Assembly (NCBI GenBank): GCA_964394465.1 | Contig: CAYMXS010000004.1 | Coordinates: 16,905 to 74,771, forward strand | Direction of reading: 5' to 3' | Length of the DNA stretch: 57,867 bases | Origin: an uncultured Thermoplasmata archaeon | GTDB lineage: Archaea > Thermoplasmatota > Thermoplasmata > Halarchaeoplasmatales > Halarchaeoplasmataceae | In this document: positions 29,130-38,806 of the stretch, piece after piece | Numbering within the stretch: position 1 is the stretch's first letter | Layout of the letters: every line of letters starts with the position of its first letter | Position numbers and translations under genes: made by a program | The notes under the pieces: generated by a model | The model's database searches: none | The model's input: only the letters and a program-made list of their open reading frames with translations | Told to the model about the DNA's origin: nothing

Positions 29130-29459
29130 TTATCTCTGTGGCGGTTGATTGTACTGTTGCTGCTGATACTGCTGCTGTTGCTGCTCTTCTCTTCTGACCT
29201 CTTCCATGCTGGGTCTAACGACAAACCAGATGATCAAACCGATGAGACCCAAAACGAGGCCTATGATGAGCCAGAGAACAGCATTTTCGTTTCTCTTCTT
29301 GGCATCCTTGTACATCCAGTAGCCTATGAATAGCCATATGATTAATGGAACTATGGATACAAAACACATAGCTCCACCACATAGGCCCACTCCCAGCCAA
29401 TCCGTGGCTTGTAAGGGGAGATATTGGGATGCTCCAAGATTCAAGAGGGTTCCTAACAT
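29130..29459 (-). CDS. Small membrane protein (PLDc_N-like) with Gln-rich tail
   Basis: WMYKDAKKRNENAVLWLIIGLVLGLIGLIIWFVVRP; SD GGTGA. Confidence 0.75.
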   Translation of the reverse strand: MLGTLLNLGASQYLPLQATDWLGVGLCGGAMCFVSIVPLIIWLFIGYWMYKDAKKRNENAVLWLIIGLVLGLIGLIIWFVVRPSMEEVRREEQQQQQYQQQQYNQPPQR

Positions 29460-29693
29460 CGTGTCACCTTGATGGTAGAGGGTTAATCATAATTATAGTA
29501 TAAATTCTTTTTCATGTACCTGTATGAATAAGTTGAGATAAGATATCTCAAAACGTGAATCTTTTGATATCTCCAGTGAATATCTAACCAATTAGATTAT
29601 TGAGGTGTTATTGATATCAAATCCCTCTTATGTAAATAGAAAAGAATAAATAACATCTTTAAGTTCACCAATTAGCTTTATAGGTGATAAAAG

Positions 29694-30572
29694 ATGGCTC
29701 AATCTGGTTATGGTGGATATCAACAACAACCACAGCAGAAAGAAGAGAAGCACTCGAAGATAGGAGGTATTTTAATCCTGGTGGGCTCCATACTTGGAAT
29801 TATAGGTGGGGTTATACCAGCGCTTGTAGGTGGCGGCATGCTATTTGGAATGGGCGGAATTTTAGGCGGCCTTGGCATGCTATGTTTGGTTTTACCCCTG
29901 ATCTTCGGGATAATAGGAGCTGTAGGCGGGTTCATGGCGATAAAGAAGAAGAACTTCATGATCGCGATAATAGGCGGAGTCCTAGGGATGTTCTCAGTTG
30001 GATATGGTCTGGGTTTCATCCTGTGTTTAGTCGGAGTTATATTAGTAGGCATCTCCAAGCAGGACTTCAAAACTGAGACAGAAGAATTCGGCGCAGGCGG
30101 CCCTGGAGGACAACAGCAGTGGCAGGAACCTCAGCAAAAAGAACAACAATGGCAGGAACCTCAGCAGAAAGAACAGCAGCAGTGGCAAGAACCTCAACAG
30201 CAACAGCCTCAGCAGAGAGGAGGTGCCCGACAGCAGCCCAGCCAACCAAGTGGTAGAGAACAGCCCCCGCAAAGAGGAGGTACTCAGCAGCAACAACCTC
30301 AACAGAGAGGTAGAGAACAGCCTCAACAAAGAGAAGGTACTCAGCAGCAACAACCTCAACAGAGAGGTAGAGAACAGCCTCAACAACAGCAATATGAAGA
30401 GCCAGAATGGGAAGAGGAAACTACTACTACCTCCGAACCTGAGCCGGAACCTGAGCCCGAGCCTGAACCGGAGGAAGAGAAAGAAAACGTCTGCCCTGAC
30501 TGTGGCTCCGAGATGAGGTACATAGATCAGTACGAGAGATGGTACTGCGACAGCTGCCAGGAATACAAGTAA
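29694..30572 (+). CDS. Membrane protein with Gln/Pro-rich repeats and C-terminal Zn ribbon
   Basis: Gly-rich TM segments; QQWQEPQQ and QQRGREQPQQ repeats; CPDCG...RYIDQYERWYCDSC. Confidence 0.85.
   Translation: MAQSGYGGYQQQPQQKEEKHSKIGGILILVGSILGIIGGVIPALVGGGMLFGMGGILGGLGMLCLVLPLIFGIIGAVGGFMAIKKKNFMIAIIGGVLGMFSVGYGLGFILCLVGVILVGISKQDFKTETEEFGAGGPGGQQQWQEPQQKEQQWQEPQQKEQQQWQEPQQQQPQQRGGARQQPSQPSGREQPPQRGGTQQQQPQQRGREQPQQREGTQQQQPQQRGREQPQQQQYEEPEWEEETTTTSEPEPEPEPEPEPEEEKENVCPDCGSEMRYIDQYERWYCDSCQEYK
30114..30470 (+). repeat. Coding tandem repeats (30-33-bp units, 60-bp units, EP hexamers)
   Basis: TGGCAGGAACCTCAGCA x3; GGTACTCAGCAGCAACAACCTCAACAGAGAGGTAGAGAACAGCC x2 at 60-bp spacing; GAACCT/GAGCCG run. 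Confidence 0.85.
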
Positions 30573-30656
30573 AAACCTTTACTTTTCTTACCTTTTCTTT
30601 TTCTGACTATTCTCTATAAACATATAGGTCACTTCCAAGGTTAAGATTATTACACA

Positions 30657-31268
30657 TTGGTTTCATGGAAGCGGTTGAATGAAGGAGCCCTATGGGTTAG
30701 TTTAGATACCATCGACCCAGAGGTATATGAAGAGATAACCGGTAGACGAGAAGTGGAGAGAGTCAAGAGAGGGATCAAAAAAGCTAGGGCGGTAGGTCTT
30801 TTCCCAGCCAAGATAAACATGCTCCTGATTAAGGAGATAAACGAAGATATTATAGAGGAGATGATCGAGTTTTCAAGTGAAGCCAGGGCGATACTCCAGA
30901 TAATAGAACTGACCGCGGACCAGGAGGATATAAAAAGGAATTCTACGAACAGTATCACCTTCCTTTAGAGGATATAGCCGATGAATTGGAGGGGTGAGCG
31001 GTGGAGACAAAAGAAAGGAGGATACACGCTGGGAAGAAATATTTCTTGAAAAAACCGGAGGCTGAAGTTGAATTGGTCAGGACCATGCATAATACAACTT
31101 TCTGCGCTTACTGCACCAGATTGAGGGTCACTTCCAATGCAGAGTTGAAAACCTTACTTGTTGAGAACGGACAATCACGTACCCTTAAGAGAGGACCTTA
31201 AAAACGGAAATAACATAAAGGAGAAGTTCATCGAAGCTATAAATAGAAGAGAGCCCTATTGGAGCTAA
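30657..31268 (+). pseudogene. moaA: GTP 3',8-cyclase remnant
   Basis: VSLDTID, KINM, HNTTFCAYCTRLRVTSNAELK. N-terminal CxxxCxxC region absent; frameshifts near 30931 and 31150; in-frame TGA at 30995-30997. Confidence 0.85.
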
Positions 31269-31288
31269 GGAGAGCGGAGCGGACCTAT

Positions 31289-31714
31289 ATGAACGGAGAA
31301 GTGATGATAAGAGAAGAGGATTTTTCCATAGACGATCTGAAGAAAGAAGTCCAGAACGATAACTCTGGAGCCGTGGTGATCTTCGACGGTATCGTTAGAG
31401 CGAACAACGAAGGAGCAAAGATAAGGAAGATGGAGGTTCAGCGGTACGAGGACATGACGGAACAGGAACTGGACAAAGTGAAGGAAGAGGCGGTCAACAA
31501 CTTCGAAGTGGAGAAGATATTGATAGTCCACAGGTACGGTAGATTCGACGTGGGAGACAACATAGTGGGTATAGCTGTAGCCTCCGAACATAGAAAGGAG
31601 GCATTCGACGCATGCCGGTACTGTATAGACAGATTGAAGGAAAAAGTACCCCTCTGGAAGAAGGAGATCACGGAAACGGGAGAAGAGAAATGGGTGGAAG
31701 GGGAAGATGATTGA
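31289..31714 (+). CDS. moaE: Molybdopterin synthase catalytic subunit
   Basis: SGAVVIFDGIVR, HRYG, SEHRKEAFDACRYCIDRLKEKVPLWKKE. Frame apparently intact. Confidence 0.88.
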   Translation: MNGEVMIREEDFSIDDLKKEVQNDNSGAVVIFDGIVRANNEGAKIRKMEVQRYEDMTEQELDKVKEEAVNNFEVEKILIVHRYGRFDVGDNIVGIAVASEHRKEAFDACRYCIDRLKEKVPLWKKEITETGEEKWVEGEDD

Positions 31715-32135
31715 CATAAGCGAAAAAGACGTCGTTTTCCGGGAGGCGGAGACAGAAGGGAGCATCGAGTTGAGCAGGAAGAGTTTAAAGAAGATAGAAG
31801 AAGGAGAAACGAAGAAGGGAGACGTTTTTCAAGTGAAGGAGATATCCGCGATCCAGGCCGTCAAGAAAACTCCTGAGAATAAACCGTATTGCCCCCGATA
31901 CCCATAGAATGGTGGACGGCTCTTTTGAGATCGATAGAAAGAAGACCACGATCAGATGTAAAGTGAAGACTAGGTCCAAGACCGGGTGGAGACGGAGGCA
32001 CTTTCCGGTGTTAACGCGGCCCTACTGACCGTATGGGATATGGTCAAATATTTGGAAAAGGACGAAGAAGGCCAGTATCCCGAGACCAAAATATCGGACG
32101 TGAAGGTGACTGAGAAAAGAAAGGATCACGATTAG
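31707..32135 (+). pseudogene. moaC: Cyclic pyranopterin monophosphate synthase, frameshifted
   Basis: MIDISEK...KKGDV...AVKKTP, continuing in other frames as [34 protein letters not shown]. Confidence 0.85.
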
Positions 32136-32156
32136 ATTAAGTATTGGAGGAGTATC

Positions 32157-32650
32157 ATGGGACATTAAGAGCATAAGGAGAAGGCACTAGATGTCTTAAG
32201 ATGTGCCGTTCTGACCGTTAGCGATACGAGAGACGTAGAGAAAGACGGATCAGGCAAGAAGATAGAAGAGATGTTGAAGGAAGAGGACCACGAAGTCGTG
32301 GCTTACGAGATAGTGAAGAACGAGAAAGAGAAGATCAGAAAAAACCATAAGGGAGATAGATGCTCAGATCTTCGTACTCAATGGTGGTAACCGGAATAAG
32401 CGAGAGGGATATGAGGCCAGAGGCCGTTGAACCGCTTCTAGACAAAGAGATACCGGGCTTTGGAGAGGCCTTCAGGTATCTGAGTTACGAGGAGGTGGGT
32501 TTACCAGCCATCTTGAGCAAAGCCACGGCGGGAAAGATGGATGAAAGCTTGATCTTCGCTTTACCAGGGTCTACGGCGGCAGTCGAGCTCGCCTTGAAAG
32601 AACTAATCCTTCCAGAAATGGGTCACATGATCTACGAGGTGAACAAGTGA
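32157..32650 (+). pseudogene. moaB: Molybdopterin adenylyltransferase MoaB, disrupted
   Basis: ATG GGA CAT TAA (stop at codon 4), then AVLTVSDTR...DGSG; frameshifts around 32340-32390; TGISERD...[11 protein letters not shown]...FALPGS. Confidence 0.85.
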
Positions 32651-33880
32651 TGCCGGAATAGCGCCCCTTCGGAGAGTTGATACCGTACGAAGAGGCCCTC
32701 CATACTATCCTGTCTGAAATAAGTGCTTCGGATGAAACAGAGACTATAAATATCACGGAAACAACAGGTTCAAAAACAAGGATTTTAGCAGAAGACATAA
32801 AGAGCGAGAGGAATGTCCTCCCCCCCCTTCGCTAGAGCAAACATGGACGGTTTTACTGTCAAAGCAGCCGACACAAATGGCGCGGGAAAATTCGATCCCG
32901 TCAATCTAGAAGTCATAGGGAACATCCACGCTGGTGACGAACCTACAACCCCTATAGAAGAAGGACAGGCTATCCAGATAGCTACTGGTGCGCCCATGCC
33001 TGAGGGTGCAGACGCTGTGGTCAAGGTGGGGAGGACTGAATTGGAGGACGGCACTGTCAGGATATATAAACCGGTTCATCCCAGTGAGAACGTTTCTCCG
33101 AGAGGGGAGATTATCGAGAAGGGGGAGACCATACTGAACGAGGGGGACATCTTGAGCCCCTCTAAGATCGGTTCTTTAGGAGCCATCGGAAGAGAAACTT
33201 TCGAAGTTTACCGTTCGCCCCAAATCGGTATAATACCAACAGGAGATGAAGTGATCCCACTCGGAGAAGAACTTGAACCTGAGCAGATATACGACGTGAA
33301 TTCATATACCCTTAGCAGTGTCGTTGAACGCAACGGGGGACAGCCGTGAGAGGAACGGTGGTTCAGGACGGTCTAGAGGGCCTTCAGAACGAGATAAAAA
33401 ATAAAGCTCAGGAAGTCGATATGGTGCTTTTCTCAGGCGCCAGTTCCGTGGGAGATAGAGATATGCTTGTAGATGCACTAGGGATAATAGGCGAAGTGAT
33501 ATTCCACGGGGTAAAGCTGAAGCCAGGTAAACCGACCCCTCTTCGGTAAGGTCGACGGAACACCTGTTATAGGCATGCCTAGTTATCCCACATCATGTCT
33601 TAACACCGCTCTGAATCTTATAAAGCCAGCCCTGAGAAAGATGGCTAGGCTCCCAGAAGCTGTGGAAAGGACCACGGAAGCGGTCCTCGATAAAAGGGTG
33701 ACTTCTTCTCTTGGAAGAAAACAGTACATGACGGTAAGGTTGGCTGACGGGAAAGCCCATCCCGTCTACAAGCAGTCCGGAGCCATAACTAGCATGGCCC
33801 AAGCGGATGGATACTTCGAGATACCGGAGAACGTAGCACTCGTTGATAAAGGGGAAAATATCACGGTCACTTTTCTATAA
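32650..33880 (+). pseudogene. moeA: Molybdopterin molybdotransferase, disrupted
   Basis: TAG at codon 4 (32659-32661); frameshifts at the C8 run 32820-32827, near 33345 and near 33538. Motifs PPFARANMDGF, IATGAPMPEGADAVV, PTGDE, SVGDRD and KPGKP. Confidence 0.88.
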
Positions 33881-33946
33881 GGAAAATACAACTACATTGG
33901 ATTGAAGGCCAAAATTATTTGTAATCCATCCGCTTCATTATGAAGG

Positions 33947-35065
33947 ATGCCAGAAGACACTGAACATGACAAAACAGATTACAGCAGCATATGGGCCCTG
34001 GACACCGACTCGGTCATAAAAGATAAATCCTGGTTCTGGTGGTGGTGGATATTCTTCCTCGAGGATGAGGAACACAAGGACAGGACCAAGCAGCTGATGA
34101 TACTCTGGTCTATGAAGTATACTGACGACATAAAGGTGATGGACAAGCACTGGTCATTGGATAACTATCCTGAATGGGACGACGGAACCCTGGAGTTCAA
34201 CGGGATGGTGGCCGCATGGTGGTACGACGGCGAAGAGATGCACGATCCACTGCTGCTGAAGGACATGGACTTCAAGGTGGAGCATCACGGGAAGGAAGGG
34301 GGCCTGTATTCCCTGAGTGAGAACCAAAACGAGGAATACAGCTTCTATGGAAGCCCGAAAAAGTATACCGTCGAGATAAAGGACGAAGAACGAGATTTTC
34401 ATTTTGAACTTACTCCCTGGAACCCATATCTTCAGAAACATAGATACAACGCCCAGAAATACGGGGGTGATTACAGTTATAATATCCAGAAGGTCTATGG
34501 GATGAAACTGGATGGAACCATAGAGGGCGAGAAAACAAGGGGATCTGGTTACTTCCAGAGGGTCTGCGTTAACGCTCCGGCAGCCCCGTGGTATTGGGGC
34601 CTGGTTCACTGTGAAGATGGGTCGTTCATACATTATTTCAACCCCTTCATTGGCCCACAGATATTCCGAAAGAAGAAGAAAAACAAGTCTTGGCTAGACT
34701 GGGGTGACATAAGCCTTTCGAAATCCGTAACTTTTTACCATCGAGATACGAACAGGGAGTTCAAGTTCAAGAAGGGCAAGATAAAGATAGACCACACAAT
34801 CAAGAACAGGCTACCCGTGTTCGACGTGAGAGGGGAAGACAAAAGAAAGAAGATACATCTTCGATTGAAGGCTTACTCCAGGGCCTATTGGCGTTTCGAA
34901 GAGCCCAGAAAATATCTGATGAAACCGATCCTTTACTACAACGAGTATCCCTCGCAACTTGTAGATTTCAAATTTGCCCTCAAAGACGGCAGCCTAGAGG
35001 TAGATAAGGAGGACCTAGGCAAAACCTCGAGCAACTTAGAACATACCTGGGGAAAGATAATTTAG
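33947..35065 (+). CDS. Conserved hypothetical aromatic-rich beta protein (possibly CrtC/tocopherol-cyclase-like fold)
   Basis: 372-aa ORF with normal codon usage; WFWWWWIFF, GSGYFQRV, PWYWG. The fold assignment is only an impression. Confidence 0.65.
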   Translation: MPEDTEHDKTDYSSIWALDTDSVIKDKSWFWWWWIFFLEDEEHKDRTKQLMILWSMKYTDDIKVMDKHWSLDNYPEWDDGTLEFNGMVAAWWYDGEEMHDPLLLKDMDFKVEHHGKEGGLYSLSENQNEEYSFYGSPKKYTVEIKDEERDFHFELTPWNPYLQKHRYNAQKYGGDYSYNIQKVYGMKLDGTIEGEKTRGSGYFQRVCVNAPAAPWYWGLVHCEDGSFIHYFNPFIGPQIFRKKKKNKSWLDWGDISLSKSVTFYHRDTNREFKFKKGKIKIDHTIKNRLPVFDVRGEDKRKKIHLRLKAYSRAYWRFEEPRKYLMKPILYYNEYPSQLVDFKFALKDGSLEVDKEDLGKTSSNLEHTWGKII

Positions 35066-35406
35066 ACTCCATATCAACTTACTAATCGTCTGACGGCCTT
35101 TATCGATATGAGCTTTACGTCTACTTCGAAGTAAACTTTCGAGGCGTGAATAATAATATTTTAAGGACTTAATTTAATAAGGGGTCGTGCTTAAACCCCT
35201 ATAATAAAAAAATTCACCTCTAAAATAAATGTAGAACGGCGCATATTGTCTGACAAATTTTTATTTTTACCAGCAAAAATCCAGTTTTTTTATGACAAAA
35301 TAGGGGGTGTTTTGCTGGATATTAGGGAAACATATTTATATTAATAGTCAATTTAGGGTCTGGGGTCGAACATGACGCCCTCCCCTCGAAAAAGGAGGTA
35401 GAAAAA

Positions 35407-35625
35407 ATGAGTATGGAAAAAATTAGTGTCGAAAAAGCGAAGGAAATAGCAGAAGAAAAAGGACTACAACCCGGTCAAGTAAGTGGTACAAACGGTATAC
35501 AGTTCACCAAGGGTAACAACGACAGGATAGAAGTTATCGATTGGGACGATTTTGAGAATAAATTGGACAATAGAGGACTAGCCGTTTACGAATCCGGAGG
35601 ATGGATGAAGATAATGGAAGAATAA
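35407..35625 (+). CDS. Small conserved hypothetical protein (72 aa)
   Basis: Strong SD AGGAGGT, own TATA (TTTATATT ~35335) and own terminator. Confidence 0.8.
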   Translation: MSMEKISVEKAKEIAEEKGLQPGQVSGTNGIQFTKGNNDRIEVIDWDDFENKLDNRGLAVYESGGWMKIMEE

Positions 35626-35628
35626 TGG

Positions 35629-35671
35629 AGGACTAAGGACAACTTAGTCCTTTCATTTTTTATTTTTATTT
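35629..35671 (+). terminator. Hairpin plus T-tract terminator
   Basis: AGGACTAAG-gacaa-CTTAGTCCT (9-bp stem) followed by TTCATTTTTTATTTTTATTT. Confidence 0.7.
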
Positions 35672-35744
35672 CGTTCACGTCTTTGCTCTTTTCGAACGGT
35701 TTTTGGACAAATACTTTTTTTACACCCTATACTTTCTTTAGACG

Positions 35745-37475
35745 ATGATAGAGATCACCGACCGTTGGGGACTGGCTAAAAAGGGACGATGGGAATCAAA
35801 GGACAGTACCATAGAAACGCCGAATATATTCTTTTTAGAAGGAAAGAATTTCGAGGAACCAGACGATGCGGAACTAACATTAGCTCATCACACTTCAGAG
35901 AACTCTAGAGAGAGTATATTCACTATTTCACCTTCTTTCTTTAAAGAAGAATCTGAGGATGCCTCGTTTCCATCGGCCTTCGGATATCCCAAGGAATTAG
36001 ATTCCCGGTTGATCGAAAGCATGGGGGGACAAGAGAACATACAGATAATATACGATCAGGAACCGGATCCAGACGTCGAGTTGTATATCTTGGCCAACGC
36101 GCCTCAACTCTTCAAGAGAAGTAGAGACCTCTTCGATAGGCTTATCAGTCTTCGAGAAAAGATCGCGTATCATAAACTGATCTACGTGCCCGGTATTGCC
36201 AACCCAAGGAACATCGCATTTTTATCCTATCTAGGGGCAGACCTGTTCGATTCCGCCTTCGTGGATTACATCTCTTCCTTCGGTCAGACTCTAACAAACA
36301 GTCTTGATTTTAGCGGTGGAAGTGAAGAAGAGAGTGTAAACAAAAGTAAGATGAACCTCAAGAACGAACTCCAGCTTGTCAGGAAAAGCATCGAAGAGGG
36401 AAGTATCAGGGAGTTGGTGGAAAGCCGTGTGAGAACGGAGCCCTGGCTGGTGGAATGTCTTAGGATGACAGACAAAAGATACAGTCTATTCTCGGAGGAT
36501 GTCCCCATATCTAACAGGAACATCAACGTGACCACGAGAGAAGGGTTGAACAGACCGGACGTGATGCGTTATATCAAAAGGATAGATGAGAGGTACAGTC
36601 CTCCAGAGAGAGATGTTCTTCTACTTCTTCCATGTTCAGCGTCTAAACCCTATTTCAACTCGAGGTCTCATAGACGGTTCAGAGAGGCAACCCAGAAAGG
36701 AAACTGGACCGAACTGCATGAGGTCATACTCACGTCTCCTTTAGGTGCGGTCCCTAGAGAGATAGAGGTCTTCCCTCCGGCCCAGAGTTATGACGTACCG
36801 GTTTCACATGAGTGGTACGAGGAAGAAAAAGACCTGATAACGAGCCAGTTAGAAACGATACTCGAAAAGGGTTCTTACAAGACCATCATAGATCACCTGC
36901 CAGAAGATATGGGCTTCGTTTCAGAGAGAAACAATTTTGAAGGGGGATGGATAGACACGACCAAGGGTGATCATCCGACCGATAAAAGCTCTCTTGAAAG
37001 GTTGTCCGAGGAGGTGGTTGAACACACCCATGGAAAAGGCAGACCCGTTTCCCAGTTCCTAGAAGAGAACCTGCGTTCGTTCAGCAGATTCCAGTTCGGT
37101 GAGAACGGAGATAAACTTCTCGAAAACGCTAGAGTGAAGGGAAGATACCCCAGATACAGGATCCTAGAAGAAAGAGACAAAAAAAAGCAGAGAGGCATGC
37201 TGGTCCCCCAAAGAGGTCTCATCTCACTGACGTTGAAGGGCGCCTCTATACTGAAAGATGAGATCGATTACAGGGCGGAGATCGACGACTTCAGACCGAA
37301 GGGGAGCGTTTTCGCCGTCGGGGTCAAAGACGCATCCGAGAAGATCAGGCCAGAGGACGAGGTCATAGTGGTTCATGAAGGTGATTTGCGGGGTGTGGGC
37401 CCGGCCTCCATGTCCGGAAGGGAGATGGTGGAGGCTAAAAAGGGAGAGGCGGTAAGGATAAGGCACTATGAATGA
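35745..37475 (+). CDS. arcS: Archaeosine synthase subunit alpha (TGT-like + PUA)
   Basis: YLGADLFD, IRELVESR, LLLPCSASKPYFNSRSH, ILTSPLGAVPREIE, C-terminal PUA domain. Confidence 0.9.
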   Translation: MIEITDRWGLAKKGRWESKDSTIETPNIFFLEGKNFEEPDDAELTLAHHTSENSRESIFTISPSFFKEESEDASFPSAFGYPKELDSRLIESMGGQENIQIIYDQEPDPDVELYILANAPQLFKRSRDLFDRLISLREKIAYHKLIYVPGIANPRNIAFLSYLGADLFDSAFVDYISSFGQTLTNSLDFSGGSEEESVNKSKMNLKNELQLVRKSIEEGSIRELVESRVRTEPWLVECLRMTDKRYSLFSEDVPISNRNINVTTREGLNRPDVMRYIKRIDERYSPPERDVLLLLPCSASKPYFNSRSHRRFREATQKGNWTELHEVILTSPLGAVPREIEVFPPAQSYDVPVSHEWYEEEKDLITSQLETILEKGSYKTIIDHLPEDMGFVSERNNFEGGWIDTTKGDHPTDKSSLERLSEEVVEHTHGKGRPVSQFLEENLRSFSRFQFGENGDKLLENARVKGRYPRYRILEERDKKKQRGMLVPQRGLISLTLKGASILKDEIDYRAEIDDFRPKGSVFAVGVKDASEKIRPEDEVIVVHEGDLRGVGPASMSGREMVEAKKGEAVRIRHYE

Positions 37476-37483
37476 GTAAAAGG

Positions 37484-38692
37484 TTAAAAGAAAAAGTATG
37501 AGCCATTGACGCCCACCCAGACTATTATCGCCAGAGCCAATAATGTGAATGGAAAGATCATCTTCCGGTAGAACTCCCTGAGTTCTACGCCGAAGTACTC
37601 TATGGTCAGGATTATGCACAGATGTATGGGAGAGACGAAGTAACCCATGAAGATGAAGAGAAATATCATGCCTACAGTCTGAACATTGACAACTGGTAAA
37701 AGGGACAACAGCACTGGAAAGCCGACCCCAACGGCACCCGGGAGATGTCCGAAGAGCAGACCTATGGCCACCGCCACAACTATGACCACGGCGAGAAGAG
37801 GCACGTAGGCCTGAAGCGAAGCTACAGCAGGGCTGATCGGGTTCCCCCTCTCGATGATACCTTTGAACAGCATTATGCCGTAGGAGGCTAGAAGCAGGTC
37901 GAGAGAGAAGCCCTCTTTGAAAAGGGAAGGCGCCTTTTTGAAGGGATATCTCTCCTGATTCTGGATCAGAAGTATAAGTATAGCAACGACTAGGGTTATG
38001 TATAACGGGATACCGAAGAATATATTAAGGCCTAAGGCCAGGATTATGGGCAAGAGTTCCCAGACCAACGACGAAGGATCGATATCCACTCCCTTCGTGG
38101 GCTTGGCATCTATCTTCTTGTAGAGCCAGTAGGCCCCTATGGCTAGATGGACGATGAAGATGGGCAGGTTGAAAAGCGCGATCTTATAAAGACCTATACC
38201 GGAGATGGTCGATGCCAGGATGAGGCCCAAAGAGAGAGGATACACGGTGAACCACACGTGTCTGAACCACCAGTTTATGAAGGTCCTCTGAACCCCGTCG
38301 GCCTTCAGGGCCTTTCCCTCGCCGTCGATCATAGGCGCAGAGACTAGTGCACCTCCAGGCATGGGGAGTAAGCCGAAGATGGCCGGTATCGAAGCCACGA
38401 CCCACCTTCTATCAGGAACCAGTCCTCTCAGCTCTTTTATCATCCTCTTTACTTGATCCGAGTCCTTGTAGAGAAAACCGAGGAAGCCGATCTGCACGAT
38501 TATAAGAACGAGACGTATGGTTTCGTACTCCAGACTTATGTCGTATATCCAGTGAAGGCCAGCAAGAGAAGGTTTGGACAGTAGAAGAAGGACACCCACC
38601 GCAATCAAGATGGCCCTGCCGAACTCGATCTCCTCGTATATCAAGAAGCCCAAAACGCCGAAGGCCGCCAGTACCGCTAGGAGACCGTACAT
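37484..38692 (-). CDS. DUF401 family membrane protein (ion transporter superfamily)
   Basis: PAIFGLLPMPGGALVSAPM, NWWFRH, GYFVSPIHLC; ~11 TM. Confidence 0.75.
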   Translation of the reverse strand: MYGLLAVLAAFGVLGFLIYEEIEFGRAILIAVGVLLLLSKPSLAGLHWIYDISLEYETIRLVLIIVQIGFLGFLYKDSDQVKRMIKELRGLVPDRRWVVASIPAIFGLLPMPGGALVSAPMIDGEGKALKADGVQRTFINWWFRHVWFTVYPLSLGLILASTISGIGLYKIALFNLPIFIVHLAIGAYWLYKKIDAKPTKGVDIDPSSLVWELLPIILALGLNIFFGIPLYITLVVAILILLIQNQERYPFKKAPSLFKEGFSLDLLLASYGIMLFKGIIERGNPISPAVASLQAYVPLLAVVIVVAVAIGLLFGHLPGAVGVGFPVLLSLLPVVNVQTVGMIFLFIFMGYFVSPIHLCIILTIEYFGVELREFYRKMIFPFTLLALAIIVWVGVNGSYFFF

Positions 38693-38806
38693 CTTTGCTA
38701 AGGAAGTGATGAAGTATAAAATATTTTCTTGTCATATATCATCCTGTAATCATATTCAAGATATAGGAAAAGGAAGAGATTAGAAAGGGTTTTTTCCCTT
38801 GAGCGA

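Noticed and set aside
30114-30470. Possible CRISPR array
   Set aside because: Repeats are in-frame coding units without unique spacers, and there are no cas genes.
30995-32661. Selenocysteine (TGA 30995) or pyrrolysine (TAG 32659) recoding, or programmed frameshifting, in moa/moe genes
   Set aside because: The stops fall at non-catalytic positions and co-occur with a TAA stop, many frameshifts and a 5' deletion. Decay or assembly error is simpler.
35066-35406. Replication origin in the AT-rich intergenic region
   Set aside because: No recognisable repeated ORB elements and no adjacent orc1/cdc6 gene.
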